NCBI GenBank assembly: GCA_963804085.1
Contig: CAWDOQ010000010.1
Span: forward strand, 64,001 to 128,000
Direction: 5' to 3'
Source of the DNA: Chlamydiia bacterium
GTDB taxonomy: Bacteria; Chlamydiota; Chlamydiia; Chlamydiales; Rhabdochlamydiaceae
Length of the DNA stretch: 64,000 nt
Shown here: positions 20,213 through 29,967 of the stretch, piece after piece
Layout of the letters: each line of letters begins with the position of its first letter
Position numbering within the stretch: the first letter of the stretch is position 1
Made by a program: the position numbers and the translations under genes
Notes under the pieces: model-generated
What the model was told of the DNA's origin: nothing
The model's input: the letters and a program-made list of their open reading frames with translations, nothing else
The model's database searches: none

Positions 20213-21013
20213 ATGACTAAACATAAACTACTACTCGTTCTTCTGATCCTCGCTTGTGGACTTTTTTGGACGATGGCTGTGCAAGCACAAGAGCCCGGAG
20301 GGATTCCTGCAGGGCTTATGCAAGCAGAGAACATCGAAGGGGGACGTCCACCCTCTCTCGTTATCGAGCTGGCTATTTTAGCCGGTCTTTCGATCTTGCC
20401 TTTTGCCGTCATGCTGCTCACCTCTTACGTCAAAATCGTGGTCGTGCTCTCGCTACTTCGCAACGCGCTTGGCGTCCAGCAGACGCCACCCAACCAGGTG
20501 CTCAACGGAATTGCGCTTTTAATGACCATCTACGTTATGTTCCCCACAGGCCTTGCCATGTACAATGCGTCGAGCGATTATATCAACAAAGAGGCGCCTC
20601 AAGAGCTCTTCTCTGCACCGACAGCAGGTTACGTGATGAACATCGTGGACAGGTCCAAAGAGCCGCTGCGCGAATTTTTACAGAGAAACGCCATCGGCAA
20701 GCACATGACCAGCTTCTACCAGCTAGCCTATAAGTCGTTTCCGGAAAATTTCCGCCCCTCCCTTAAGGCGACCGACTTTGTCATTCTGATTCCCGCATTC
20801 ATCACCTCGCAGCTAAAAGCAGCTTTTGAGATCGGCGTTTTAGTCTATCTGCCCTTTTTTGTGATCGATCTTGTCACTTCGAACATCTTGCTTGCGATGG
20901 GTATGATGATGCTCTCGCCATTGACCATTGCGCTGCCGTTAAAACTACTGCTGCTCGTCATGGTAGACGGGTGGACGCTCATTATCCAAGGACTGGTTCT
21001 TTCTTTTAGGTAA
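20213..21013 (+). CDS. sctR: T3SS export apparatus subunit
   Basis: TSYVKIVVVLSLLRNALGVQQTPPNQVL, LAMGMMMLSP, VDGW. Confidence 0.96.
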   Translation: MTKHKLLLVLLILACGLFWTMAVQAQEPGGIPAGLMQAENIEGGRPPSLVIELAILAGLSILPFAVMLLTSYVKIVVVLSLLRNALGVQQTPPNQVLNGIALLMTIYVMFPTGLAMYNASSDYINKEAPQELFSAPTAGYVMNIVDRSKEPLREFLQRNAIGKHMTSFYQLAYKSFPENFRPSLKATDFVILIPAFITSQLKAAFEIGVLVYLPFFVIDLVTSNILLAMGMMMLSPLTIALPLKLLLLVMVDGWTLIIQGLVLSFR

Positions 21014-21018
21014 ACTGG

Positions 21019-21288
21019 ATGTTTAGTACAGAAATATATCAGCTCTCCTACCAGGCTCTTCTCTTAATCCTGATCCTATCCGGACCGCCGATCATTATCA
21101 GCACGATTTTAGGCTTGCTTGTCGCGATATTTCAGGCGGCGACACAGATCCAAGAGCAGACCCTCTCTTTCATGGTCAAGCTCTTTGCTGTTATGTTTGT
21201 CCTTCTTCTCATGGGAGGCTGGCTGGGCAGCCAGATCATGCAGTTTACCAACTCGATCTTCTTAAACTTCTATAAGTGGTCCTACTAG
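21019..21288 (+). CDS. sctS: T3SS export apparatus subunit
   Basis: FQAATQIQEQTLSF. Confidence 0.96.
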   Translation: MFSTEIYQLSYQALLLILILSGPPIIISTILGLLVAIFQAATQIQEQTLSFMVKLFAVMFVLLLMGGWLGSQIMQFTNSIFLNFYKWSY

Positions 21289-21289
21289 A

Positions 21290-22129
21290 GTGCCATCATC
21301 GCCCACATCTGATTACCTCTCGCTCGTTTTGAGCATGCCCCAGTTTCCGCCGCTGAGCGTTCTCCTCTTCTTCCTCTTGGCCCTCATGCGCATCGCACCC
21401 ATTGTCGCACTCGCTCCCTTCCTAGGAGCGAAATTGCCTGGCGGCGTAAAGATCGCCCTCGCTGTCGCCCTCGCAGCTATCTTTTTGCCGAATATCATGC
21501 TGACGAGTAGCAAGGCAGTCAGCTTTGGAATGCCCTTCATCGGCTCCCTCTTAAAAGAGCTCTTCATAGGAGGGCTTCTCGGCTTTATGGTCTCCATTCC
21601 CTTCTACATCGCACAATCTTCGGGTGTGCTCATCGACTTCATGCGTGGCTCCTCAGCTCTCGGCGTAACCGATCCCACCATGCAAACGCAAGCGACACCC
21701 ATCGGCCTTCTTTACAACTATGTCCTCATCGTCCTCTTCTTTCAGCTCGATGGTCCCTTCATCTTCTTGGATGGACTCTTGCAATCCTACAGTGTAATCC
21801 CTGCAGACGGCTTCTTCTCTCCCGCCTTCTTCACCTTGCGGCTTCCCTTCTGGCAAAGCATTGCAGGGGTCTTGACTAAGCTCACAGCGCTCTCTATGCA
21901 GCTTGCAGCTCCTGCGCTTCTCTCGATCTTGATGGCTGAGATGTTCCTCGGCATCGCCAACAGGCTCGCTCCTCAAGTGCAGATCGCTTTTTTGGGTATG
22001 TCGATCAAGTCGCTTCTCGGTATTGCACTTCTCTGGGCAGGATGGTTTTTTATTTTGCAACAAGTGGGCAAACAAGCGCTGCTCTGGCTGAAAAATCTCT
22101 CGCTGCTTCTTCAGACAATTCCCAAGTAA
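21290..22129 (+). CDS. sctT: T3SS export apparatus subunit
   Basis: KELFIGGLLGF, LID..RG, GIANRLAPQVQI. Confidence 0.95.
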   Translation: MPSSPTSDYLSLVLSMPQFPPLSVLLFFLLALMRIAPIVALAPFLGAKLPGGVKIALAVALAAIFLPNIMLTSSKAVSFGMPFIGSLLKELFIGGLLGFMVSIPFYIAQSSGVLIDFMRGSSALGVTDPTMQTQATPIGLLYNYVLIVLFFQLDGPFIFLDGLLQSYSVIPADGFFSPAFFTLRLPFWQSIAGVLTKLTALSMQLAAPALLSILMAEMFLGIANRLAPQVQIAFLGMSIKSLLGIALLWAGWFFILQQVGKQALLWLKNLSLLLQTIPK

Positions 22130-22195
22130 ATTGGAAAATCGGACGATTTTTTGTTGACGCGATAGGAAATTAATAATTAGAGTACGTTTAATCAA

Positions 22196-22232
22196 TGATG
22201 AGAAGGCGACGCACAGTGTGTTGCCGTCATCA
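22196..22232 (+). promoter_or_regulatory. 5'-leader stem-loop of porin gene copy 1
   Basis: TGATGA...GGCGACGCA-CAG-TGTGTTGCC...TCATCA; pairing retained in copy 2 (about 23628-23664). Confidence 0.55.
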
Positions 22233-22286
22233 GATAGAACTTTACTTAACGATCCAACAGCCAAAGGTATCTTTATGGAGTGGAAT

Positions 22287-23417
22287 TTGAAAAACAAGAT
22301 GGGGCAAGCAGCTGCCTTATCACTCGTGGCTTTCACGAGCATTTTGAATGCTGCCGATGATGCGCAAATGCGCAACCTCGACAACCGCGTAACTGCTCTT
22401 GAGCAGAAAAAAGGCGCGGGCGGAATGATTAACCCACCGGCGCGTCCTGTAGTAAAAGACGGCGTGGACATCTTCCTCACAGGTGAAGTTCTCATTTGGA
22501 AAGCTCACCAAGAAGACATGACTTATGCTACTAAACTGGCAAGCACTCCTGGTATCATCGCTCCAAACAGCGGCAAGCTCGCTGACTGGAAAGGCAGATG
22601 GGGAACCGGCTTCCGTTTAGGCTTAGGCTACAACATGGAGCATGATGGTTGGGATGCGGATCTGATCTGGACAAGATACTATCAGACATCTCGCCGTAAC
22701 ACTGGTGGCAACCGCCATGGCGTTTTCGCTCCTCAATATCCAGTTCAACCTTTTACTTATGTAGTAGCTGACGCTGCTGCAGAAGCGCATGATAAAAAAT
22801 GGAAAGTGCGCCTCGATATGATTGACTTAGAGCTCGGTCGCGAGTTCTTTGTTAGCAAGTGGCTCACAATCCGTCCTCACATGGGCCTAAGAAATATCTG
22901 GGCTCGTCAGAAGATGAGAGTGGAGTATGAAGATGGCGTTTATGCTGTTCCACTAGCTGGCTTCTTACCTGGCGGTAGAGAGCAATTTACCTCCATGAAA
23001 AACAACTTCTGGGGTATCGGTCTCCGCGGCGGACTAGATTCGCAATGGGGATTGGGATGGGGCTTTAGCATCTACGGCAAAGCAGCTCTCTCCGTACTTT
23101 GGGGTCAAATGAAGGTAAATCAGAGCAGTGTAATATACAACACAGGCCGTACAGCTTCTGTTACTGCTGATTCCTTCAGCGATGTCCACCATGTTTGCAA
23201 ACCAGTTGCTGATATGGCACTCGGACTCCGTTATGACACCACATTTAGCGATGATTCTTATGCGTTCGGCGTGTTTGCCGGCTGGGAACACCACTATTTC
23301 TGGGCTCAAAACAAGCTGTTTAGATTCAATTCATCTTCTCCTACGTTCTCAGTTAACCAAAATGCTGGAGACCTCTCCACATCAGGTGTGAACGTTGGGT
23401 TAAGCTTTGATTTCTAA
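22287..23417 (+). CDS. Lpg1974/MOMP-like outer-membrane porin, copy 1
   Basis: Signal peptide, GFRLGLGY, HDGWD, DLELGREFFVS, GWEHH, terminal FDF; TTG start after GGAG (alternative ATG at 22275). Confidence 0.85.
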   Translation: MKNKMGQAAALSLVAFTSILNAADDAQMRNLDNRVTALEQKKGAGGMINPPARPVVKDGVDIFLTGEVLIWKAHQEDMTYATKLASTPGIIAPNSGKLADWKGRWGTGFRLGLGYNMEHDGWDADLIWTRYYQTSRRNTGGNRHGVFAPQYPVQPFTYVVADAAAEAHDKKWKVRLDMIDLELGREFFVSKWLTIRPHMGLRNIWARQKMRVEYEDGVYAVPLAGFLPGGREQFTSMKNNFWGIGLRGGLDSQWGLGWGFSIYGKAALSVLWGQMKVNQSSVIYNTGRTASVTADSFSDVHHVCKPVADMALGLRYDTTFSDDSYAFGVFAGWEHHYFWAQNKLFRFNSSSPTFSVNQNAGDLSTSGVNVGLSFDF

Positions 23418-23455
23418 GCTAGTAGTCTGAAGAACGTTTGTTCTAAATGCTTTGG

Positions 23456-23483
23456 ACCATCCCTCTGAGCGGGATGGTTTTTT
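23456..23483 (+). terminator. Intrinsic terminator at the duplication junction
   Basis: ACCATCCC-7 nt-GGGATGGT followed by a T run. Confidence 0.75.
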
Positions 23484-23718
23484 ATTTTGCAGCAAGTGAG
23501 CAAACAAACACTGCTCTAGCTAAAAAATCTGTCGCACCTTCTCCAGACAATTCCCAAGTAAATTGGAAAATCGGACGATTTTTTGTTGACGCGAAATGAA
23601 ATTAATAATTAGAGTGAGTTTAATCAATGATGAGAAGGCAGTGCACAGTGTGTTGCCGTCATCAGATAGAACTTTACTTAACGATCCAAAACCCAGGGGG
23701 ATCTTTATGGAGTGGAAT

Positions 23719-24859
23719 TTGAAAAACAAAATGGGGCAAGCAGCTGCCTTATCACTCGTGGCTTTCACGAGCATTTTGAATGCTGCCGATGATGCGCAAA
23801 TGCGCAACCTCGACAACCGCGTAACTGCTCTCGAGCAGAAAAAAGGCGCGGGCGGAATGATTAACCCACCAGCACGTCCAGTAGTAAAAGACGGCGTGGA
23901 CATCTTCCTAACAGGTGAAGTTCTCATTTGGAAAGCTCACCAAGAAGACATGACCTATGCTACTAAACTGGCAAGCACTCCTGTTTCTGGCACTCCAAAC
24001 AGCGGCAAGCTCGCTAATTGGAAAGGCAGATGGGGAACCGGCTTCCGTTTAGGCCTAGGCTATAACATGGAGCATGATGGTTGGGATGCGGATCTGATCT
24101 GGACAAGATACTATCAGACATCTCGCCGTAACACTGGTGGCAACCGCCATGGTGTTTTCGCTCCTCAGTATCCAGTTCAACCTTTTGGTTATACAGTAGT
24201 TGACGTTGCAGCAGCAGAAGCGCATGATAAAAAATGGAAAGTGCGCCTCGATATGATCGACTTAGAGCTCGGTCGCGAGTTCTTTGTTAGCAAGTGGCTC
24301 ACAATCCGTCCTCACATGGGCCTAAGAAATATCTGGGCTCGTCAGAAGATGAGAGTGGAGTATGAAGATGGCGTCTTACGGATCTGGTGTACTAGCTAAC
24401 TTCGGTTTAGCTGGTGGTAGAGAGCAATTTACTTCCATGAAAAACAACTTCTGGGGTATCGGTCTCCGCGGCGGACTAGATTCGCAATGGGGATTGGGAT
24501 GTGGCTTTAGCATCTACGGCAAAGCAGCTCTCTCCATACTCTGGGGTCAAATGAAGGTAAATCAGAGCAGTGTAATATACAACACAGGCCGTACAGCCTC
24601 TGTTACTGCTGATTCCTTCAGCGATGTTCACCATGTTTGCAAACCAGTTGCTGATATGGCACTCGGACTCCGTTATGACACCACATTTAGCGATGATTCT
24701 TATGCGTTCGGCGTGTTTGCCGGCTGGGAACACCACTACTTCTGGGCTCAAAACAAACTGTTTAGATTCAATTCATCTTCTCCTACGTTCTCAGTTAACC
24801 AAAATGCTGGAGACCTCTCCACATCAGGTGTGAACGTTGGACTAAGCTTTGATTTCTAA
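23719..24859 (+). CDS. Lpg1974/MOMP-like porin, copy 2 (one extra base near 24376)
   Basis: Near-identical to copy 1; removing one base at GTCTTAC restores a 379-aa frame. Confidence 0.8.
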
Positions 24860-24889
24860 GCTAGTAGTCTGAAGAACGTTTGTTCTTAT

Positions 24890-24927
24890 AGAGGCCTGGG
24901 CCACAAGCCCAGGCCTCTTTCTTTTTT
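24890..24927 (+). terminator. Intrinsic terminator
   Basis: AGAGGCCTGGGC/GCCCAGGCCTCT stem followed by TTCTTTTTT. Confidence 0.85.
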
Positions 24928-25315
24928 GGAGTGCGGTGCTGCGGAGACAATGAATGTGCTGGGGGCACATTTATTTGCAGAGCAGTAGCTACTGCCGTTG
25001 CTCAATGCTGTATCAGGCTTGATAAAGTCAGACCTTTGAATAGCAGGACTTGTCGCTGCTCTTCAAAGACATCGCGACGAGTCGCGATGGAGAAAAGCGG
25101 TGACAAGTCACCGCACTCCATACAAAAAGGATCCACTCTTCATTAGCCAGCATCTGAGCAAGTAGTCCAAGATCCCTGAAAGGGCTAACAATTCTTATGT
25201 GGAGTGCGGCGACTCGTCGCCGCTTTCATAGACAGCGACTTGTCGCTGCTCTTCAAAGACATCGCGACGAGTCGCGATGGAGAAAAGCGGTGACAAGTCA
25301 CCGCACTCCATACAA
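24927..25315. repeat. REP-like palindromic elements, family B (TGGAGTGCGG...CCGCACTCCA), two copies
   Basis: 79-bp perfect direct repeat 25047-25125/25237-25315; nested GAC-NNN-GTC hairpins. Confidence 0.85.
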
Positions 25316-25336
25316 GAAGGATCTACGCTTCAAAGA

Positions 25337-26542
25337 TTAACGCTTAGCGGTTGCTAAGACTTCTTCGAGAGCAGCGATGAAGAGATCGATCTCGGCGAAT
25401 GTGTTGTAGACGGCAAAAGAAGCGCGAACGGCAGAGGTAATGCCGAAGCGCTGCATGGTGGGTTGCGCACAAAGATGTCCTGTCCGCACCGCAACCCCTT
25501 TTAAATCTAGCAGGGTGCCGATGTCCAAAGGGTGAACATCTTGGACAATAAAGGTCAGAATAGGACCTTTTTGCTCAGCTTGGCCAATCAGAGATAGGCC
25601 GGGGATCTCTAAGAGCTTTTTGGTCGCATACTCGAGCAGCTCTCTTTCATAAGCTGCAATCCGCTCTCTTCCAATCGATTCAATATAGGTAAGAGCCGCC
25701 CCAAGGCCGATGACCTGGGCAATTAGAGGTGTACCCGCTTCAAACTTCAAAGGCGCTTTCTGGTAGGTGGTCTTGGTGAGGGTAACTGTCTCGATCATGT
25801 CGCCGCCGCACTGATAAGGGGGCATTTTTTCAAGTAGCTCACTCTTGCCATACAAGATGCCTACCCCGGTCGGACCAAAGGCTTTATGCCCCGAAAAAAC
25901 AAAAAAATCGGCATCTATCTTCTGGACATCCACCGGCATGTGTGCGGCGCTTTGCGCTCCATCGATCAAGACATAAGCACCTTTTGCATGAGCAAGCTGC
26001 GCGATCTTCTCGATAGGATTCAGCGTCCCGGTGCTATTAGAGATGTGGGCAATCGCGACAAGCTTGGTGCGAGCCGTTAAAAGCCTTTCGTACGCCTTTA
26101 AATCGAGCTCTCCCTTCTCATCTATCGGAATTATCTTGAGATGCGCCCTCTTCTCTTCGCATAGCCTTTGCCAGGGCACAATGTTGGCATGGTGCTCCAT
26201 CTCGGAAATGATAATCTCATCTCCCGCCTCTATAAATGCCTGGCCAAAAGAGTAGGCGACCAGGTTGATCGCTTCAGTCGTTCCCTTGGTGAAGACTATC
26301 TCATCAACAGATGCAGCATTTAAAAAGGCTCTCACCTGCTCGCGCACAGCAGAATACTGAGACGTCGCCTCTCTTGCTAAGCGGTAGACTGCGCGATGCA
26401 CAGTGCCATACTCTTCGGAATAGAAGCGGTTCATCGCTTCAATTACTTGTCGCGGCTTTTGAGTGGTTGCAGCCGAATCTAGATAGATGGTTTTTTCAAG
26501 AATGGGAAAATCAGCGCGGATCTGATCGGCTAGAGGTCTCAT
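25337..26542 (-). CDS. sufS: Cysteine desulfurase SufS
   Basis: YLDSAATTQKP, FSGHK, RTGHLCA. Confidence 0.96.
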   Translation of the reverse strand: MRPLADQIRADFPILEKTIYLDSAATTQKPRQVIEAMNRFYSEEYGTVHRAVYRLAREATSQYSAVREQVRAFLNAASVDEIVFTKGTTEAINLVAYSFGQAFIEAGDEIIISEMEHHANIVPWQRLCEEKRAHLKIIPIDEKGELDLKAYERLLTARTKLVAIAHISNSTGTLNPIEKIAQLAHAKGAYVLIDGAQSAAHMPVDVQKIDADFFVFSGHKAFGPTGVGILYGKSELLEKMPPYQCGGDMIETVTLTKTTYQKAPLKFEAGTPLIAQVIGLGAALTYIESIGRERIAAYERELLEYATKKLLEIPGLSLIGQAEQKGPILTFIVQDVHPLDIGTLLDLKGVAVRTGHLCAQPTMQRFGITSAVRASFAVYNTFAEIDLFIAALEEVLATAKR

Positions 26543-27768
26543 ACATGCCTCAGAGAGACGGGGAGCTGATCTAAAATCTCACGACAAAACGCGCGCGTTA
26601 GAAGTGCTTTTGCCTCCTCTTGTGAAATGCCGCGCGTTTTTAAATAGAAGAGCAGAGCATCATCTAGCTGCGCGACAGTCGCCCCATGCGAGGCTTTCAC
26701 ATCATCTGCAAAGATCTCTAAATTGGGCTTGCTGTTGGCTTGTGCATGCTCGCCTAAAAGGAGGTTGTTGTTGAGCTGATACGCCTCGGTCTTTTGGGCA
26801 TCGCGTTTGACCCAAATCTTTCCGATAAAGCTAGATTGGCTCGAATCTTTCATCACATTTTTAAAAAGCTGTCTGGAAGTGGTGTGCGGCGCATGGTGCT
26901 CCATGAGCACATGTGTATGCGCTGTGTGCATCCCTTCTATAAGAGCCAGCCCTTGCAGGTGGGCTTCTGCCCCTTCTCCCAAAAGAGAGATCTGGTAATC
27001 GTTTCTGTGAAGAGCGCCCCCTCTTGTAAATGCGAGCGTCTTCAAACAGCTGGAACGTTTGAGTGTTGCGCGCATGCGTGTAAACTGCCAGCTAGAGGCA
27101 GCTTTTTCTTGCACATCGATATGGGTGAGGCGCGCTCCCTCGTCCAGAGCGACATCTAAGAGTGAATTCTGCCAAAAAGGGCTCTCTTCTTCTCTTTGGA
27201 AGGTGGAGATCAGCTCCACTTCGGCATCGCGGCCTACAAATAGAGAGAGTGTCTGGGCTACAAAGGGCTTCTCTCCGCTCACGATATGGTGGCACTGTAG
27301 CGCTGCTTTTAACTTGCACTTGGGAGGCACATAGAGAAAAATCCCCTGCAAAAAGGAGAAGGCAAGAAGGGCAAAGGGGTCCTTCTCTTCGCTTAAATTT
27401 TTATTCAACCTCTCTTTCAAAAAATGCCCATAAGTAGAAAGCGCCTCATGAAGCGGCAGAACGACTACCTCTTTCGGAATCCGCGACAGCTCTTTACAAA
27501 ATCGTCCATTTACAAAGACAAGTGCGTTTCCTTTGCATTCAGGAAGAAGCTGTTTTGCGATCTTCTCTTTTTTGGGAAGCAGACTCTCGTCGTAAGGAGT
27601 AAAGCTGTCGCCTGTAAGATTGCGCAGCGTTAAATACTGAAAAGCCTCCTCATTTTTTTGAGGCAGGCCGCGCTGCATAAAACTCTCCCACGCTTTTTTG
27701 CGCAAGAGCTCGAGTGCGTCCTGTTTTTGAGAAGAGTAGTGCTTTTCAAGTGTTTCGATTAGGGCCAT
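26539..27768 (-). CDS. sufD: Fe-S cluster assembly protein SufD
   Basis: KPNLEIFADDVKASHGATV, LFYLKTRGI. Confidence 0.95.
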   Translation of the reverse strand: MALIETLEKHYSSQKQDALELLRKKAWESFMQRGLPQKNEEAFQYLTLRNLTGDSFTPYDESLLPKKEKIAKQLLPECKGNALVFVNGRFCKELSRIPKEVVVLPLHEALSTYGHFLKERLNKNLSEEKDPFALLAFSFLQGIFLYVPPKCKLKAALQCHHIVSGEKPFVAQTLSLFVGRDAEVELISTFQREEESPFWQNSLLDVALDEGARLTHIDVQEKAASSWQFTRMRATLKRSSCLKTLAFTRGGALHRNDYQISLLGEGAEAHLQGLALIEGMHTAHTHVLMEHHAPHTTSRQLFKNVMKDSSQSSFIGKIWVKRDAQKTEAYQLNNNLLLGEHAQANSKPNLEIFADDVKASHGATVAQLDDALLFYLKTRGISQEEAKALLTRAFCREILDQLPVSLRHV

Positions 27769-28508
27769 TGTCCATATCCCTTGGCTTCGAGCTCTTCGGC
27801 GAGCTTGGGCCCGCCTGATTCTACGATGCGTCCACCCACCATCACATGGACAAAGTGGGGACGGATGTATTCAAGTAAGCGCTGGTAGTGGGTAATCAGT
27901 AGCAGCGCGTTATCGGGTGTCATCAGTTTTTTTACGCCACACGCCACTATTCGCATTGCATCGATATCAAGACCTGAGTCGGTCTCATCTAAAAATGCCA
28001 TTTTTGGATTTAAGATGGCCATCTGCAAGATCTCGTTTCTCTTCTTTTCTCCGCCGGAAAAGCCTTCGTTGAGATTGCGCTCTTTAAACTCTTTTCGCAT
28101 CTCCATCAGCTCCATCTTCTCATCGAGCAGCTTCTCAAACTCCTTTTCTGAAAGGAGCGGCTCACTGCGGCTTTTACGTAGTGCGTTGTAAGAAGCATGC
28201 AAAAATTGCATGTTACTGATCCCCGGGATCTCCACAGGGTATTGAAAGCTCATGAAAAGACCCAGATGCGCACGCTCTTCAGGATCTAGATCTAAAATGT
28301 TCTGTCCGCAAAAGAGCACCTCTCCTGAGAGCACTTCGTATGCGGGATCTCCTGCCAAAACTTTTGCCAGCGTCGATTTGCCTGCGCCGTTAGGGCCCAT
28401 GATGGCGTGGATCTCTCCTTTTCGGATGAGTAGGTTGACCCCTTTTAAGATCGCCTTGCCATCGACAGTGGCCGTTAAATTTTTAATCTCAATCATCGTC
28501 TCTTTCAT
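27759..28508 (-). CDS. sufC: Fe-S cluster assembly ATPase SufC
   Basis: GPNGAGKST, GFSGGEKKRNE, LDETDSGLD. Confidence 0.97.
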   Translation of the reverse strand: MKETMIEIKNLTATVDGKAILKGVNLLIRKGEIHAIMGPNGAGKSTLAKVLAGDPAYEVLSGEVLFCGQNILDLDPEERAHLGLFMSFQYPVEIPGISNMQFLHASYNALRKSRSEPLLSEKEFEKLLDEKMELMEMRKEFKERNLNEGFSGGEKKRNEILQMAILNPKMAFLDETDSGLDIDAMRIVACGVKKLMTPDNALLLITHYQRLLEYIRPHFVHVMVGGRIVESGGPKLAEELEAKGYGQWP

Positions 28509-28515
28509 CTTCTCT

Positions 28516-29955
28516 TTACCCCACTGAGTTCTCTAGCTTTAATGTGAGCAGCTTCTCGGCTTCTTTTGCAAACTCAAGAGGCAGCGCCTCTATCACCTCT
28601 TTGCAAAAGCCGTTTACGATCATCTGGATCGCCTCTTCGCGGCTGATACCTCTACTCTGCAAATAAAAGAGCTGCTCTTCGTTCATCTTCGAGGTCGACG
28701 CCTCATGCTCGACTTGTGCGCTTGGATTGCCTACTTCGATGTAGGGGAAGGTGTTTGCCGAACACTGGTCTCCCACAAGCATAGAGTCGCACTGCGTGTA
28801 GTTGCGCGCGCCACTTGCGCGCGGCGCGATCTTAACAAGGCCGCGGTAGGTGTTGTGCGAGCGATCGGCAGAGATCCCCTTAGAGATGATGGTAGAGTGT
28901 GTGTTCTTGCCCATGTGGATCATCTTCGTACCGGTGTCCGCCTGCATCCTTCCATTCGTGAGTGCAACCGAATAAAACTCGCCTACCGACTCATCGCCCT
29001 GAAGCAGACAGCTCGGGTATTTCCAAGTGATCGCGGCTCCCGCCTCTACTTGCGTCCAAGAGATCTTCGAGCGAAAACCTGCGCATCTGCCGCGCTTGGT
29101 CACAAAGTTGAAGATTCCGCCTTTGCCTGTCTCGGGATTTCCTGCGTACCAGTTTTGTACGGTCGCATACTTGATCTCGGCATGATCGTGCGCAACAAGT
29201 TCAACAACAGCTGCGTGAAGCTGATTGTTGTCGAAAGCAGGCGCGGTGCACCCTTCCAAGTAGCTGACGTAAGATCCCTCTTCTGCGATGATCAGCGTCC
29301 GTTCAAACTGGCCTGTCTCTTTGTCGTTGATACGAAAATAGGTGGAAAGCTCCATCGGGGAGCGCACCCCTTTGGGAATGTAGACAAACGAGCCATCTGA
29401 AAAAACGGCAGAGTTGAGTGCAGCAAAGAAGTTATCTCCGATCGGGACAACGCTTCCTAAATATTTTTCAATGAGCTCCGGATACTTGTGGACCGCCTCC
29501 GAGATCGAGCAGAGGACAACGCCCGCTTCTTGTAATTTTTTTTGAAAGGTAGTGCCGAGTGATACAGAATCGAAAACCAGATCGACTGCAACGTTTGCAA
29601 GTTTTTTCTGTTCATCTACCGGAATGCCGAGCTTTTCAAAAGTTTTTAAAAGCTCCGGGTCGACCTCATCCAGACTGCTAAGCTGCTGCTTTTTTTTGGG
29701 AGCCGAGTAGTAGGAGATATTCTGGTAGTCGATCGGCGGATGGGAGACATTAGCCCACTTAGGCTCCTTCATCTCCTTCCATCTTGCATAGGCTTTTAGA
29801 CGAAAATTGAGCAGAAAAGGAGGCTCCTCCTTCTTTGCTGAAATAGCACGGACAGTCTCCTCGCTTAGACCTTTGGGGAAACTCTCCGTCTCAATTTCCG
29901 TGACAAAGCCGTATTTATATTCGGCCCGCTCTTTTAGAATCTCTTCTGTACTCAT
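28516..29955 (-). CDS. sufB: Fe-S cluster assembly protein SufB
   Basis: [28 protein letters not shown]. Confidence 0.97.
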   Translation of the reverse strand: MSTEEILKERAEYKYGFVTEIETESFPKGLSEETVRAISAKKEEPPFLLNFRLKAYARWKEMKEPKWANVSHPPIDYQNISYYSAPKKKQQLSSLDEVDPELLKTFEKLGIPVDEQKKLANVAVDLVFDSVSLGTTFQKKLQEAGVVLCSISEAVHKYPELIEKYLGSVVPIGDNFFAALNSAVFSDGSFVYIPKGVRSPMELSTYFRINDKETGQFERTLIIAEEGSYVSYLEGCTAPAFDNNQLHAAVVELVAHDHAEIKYATVQNWYAGNPETGKGGIFNFVTKRGRCAGFRSKISWTQVEAGAAITWKYPSCLLQGDESVGEFYSVALTNGRMQADTGTKMIHMGKNTHSTIISKGISADRSHNTYRGLVKIAPRASGARNYTQCDSMLVGDQCSANTFPYIEVGNPSAQVEHEASTSKMNEEQLFYLQSRGISREEAIQMIVNGFCKEVIEALPLEFAKEAEKLLTLKLENSVG

Positions 29956-29967
29956 AATGAGCTGAAA

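Larger units (their letters stand above)
22031..24886 (+). repeat. Tandem duplication (about 1.43-kb unit) of sctT 3' end, leader and porin gene
   Basis: About 22031-23444 repeated at about 23463-24886; sctT stop context recurs at offset 1432. Confidence 0.9.

Noticed and set aside
21653-23927. Minus-strand ORFs 21653-22495 and 23520-23927 that resemble each other
   Set aside because: Antisense shadows of the duplicated sctT/porin region
22287-24859. Porin repeats as a DGR template/variable repeat pair
   Set aside because: Differences are not adenine-specific, include indels, span whole genes, and no reverse transcriptase is present
25047-25315. Direct repeats as a CRISPR array
   Set aside because: Only two 79-bp units 190 bp apart, internally multi-palindromic, and no cas genes in the window
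28705-29400. 231-aa plus-strand ORF
   Set aside because: Antisense shadow of sufB
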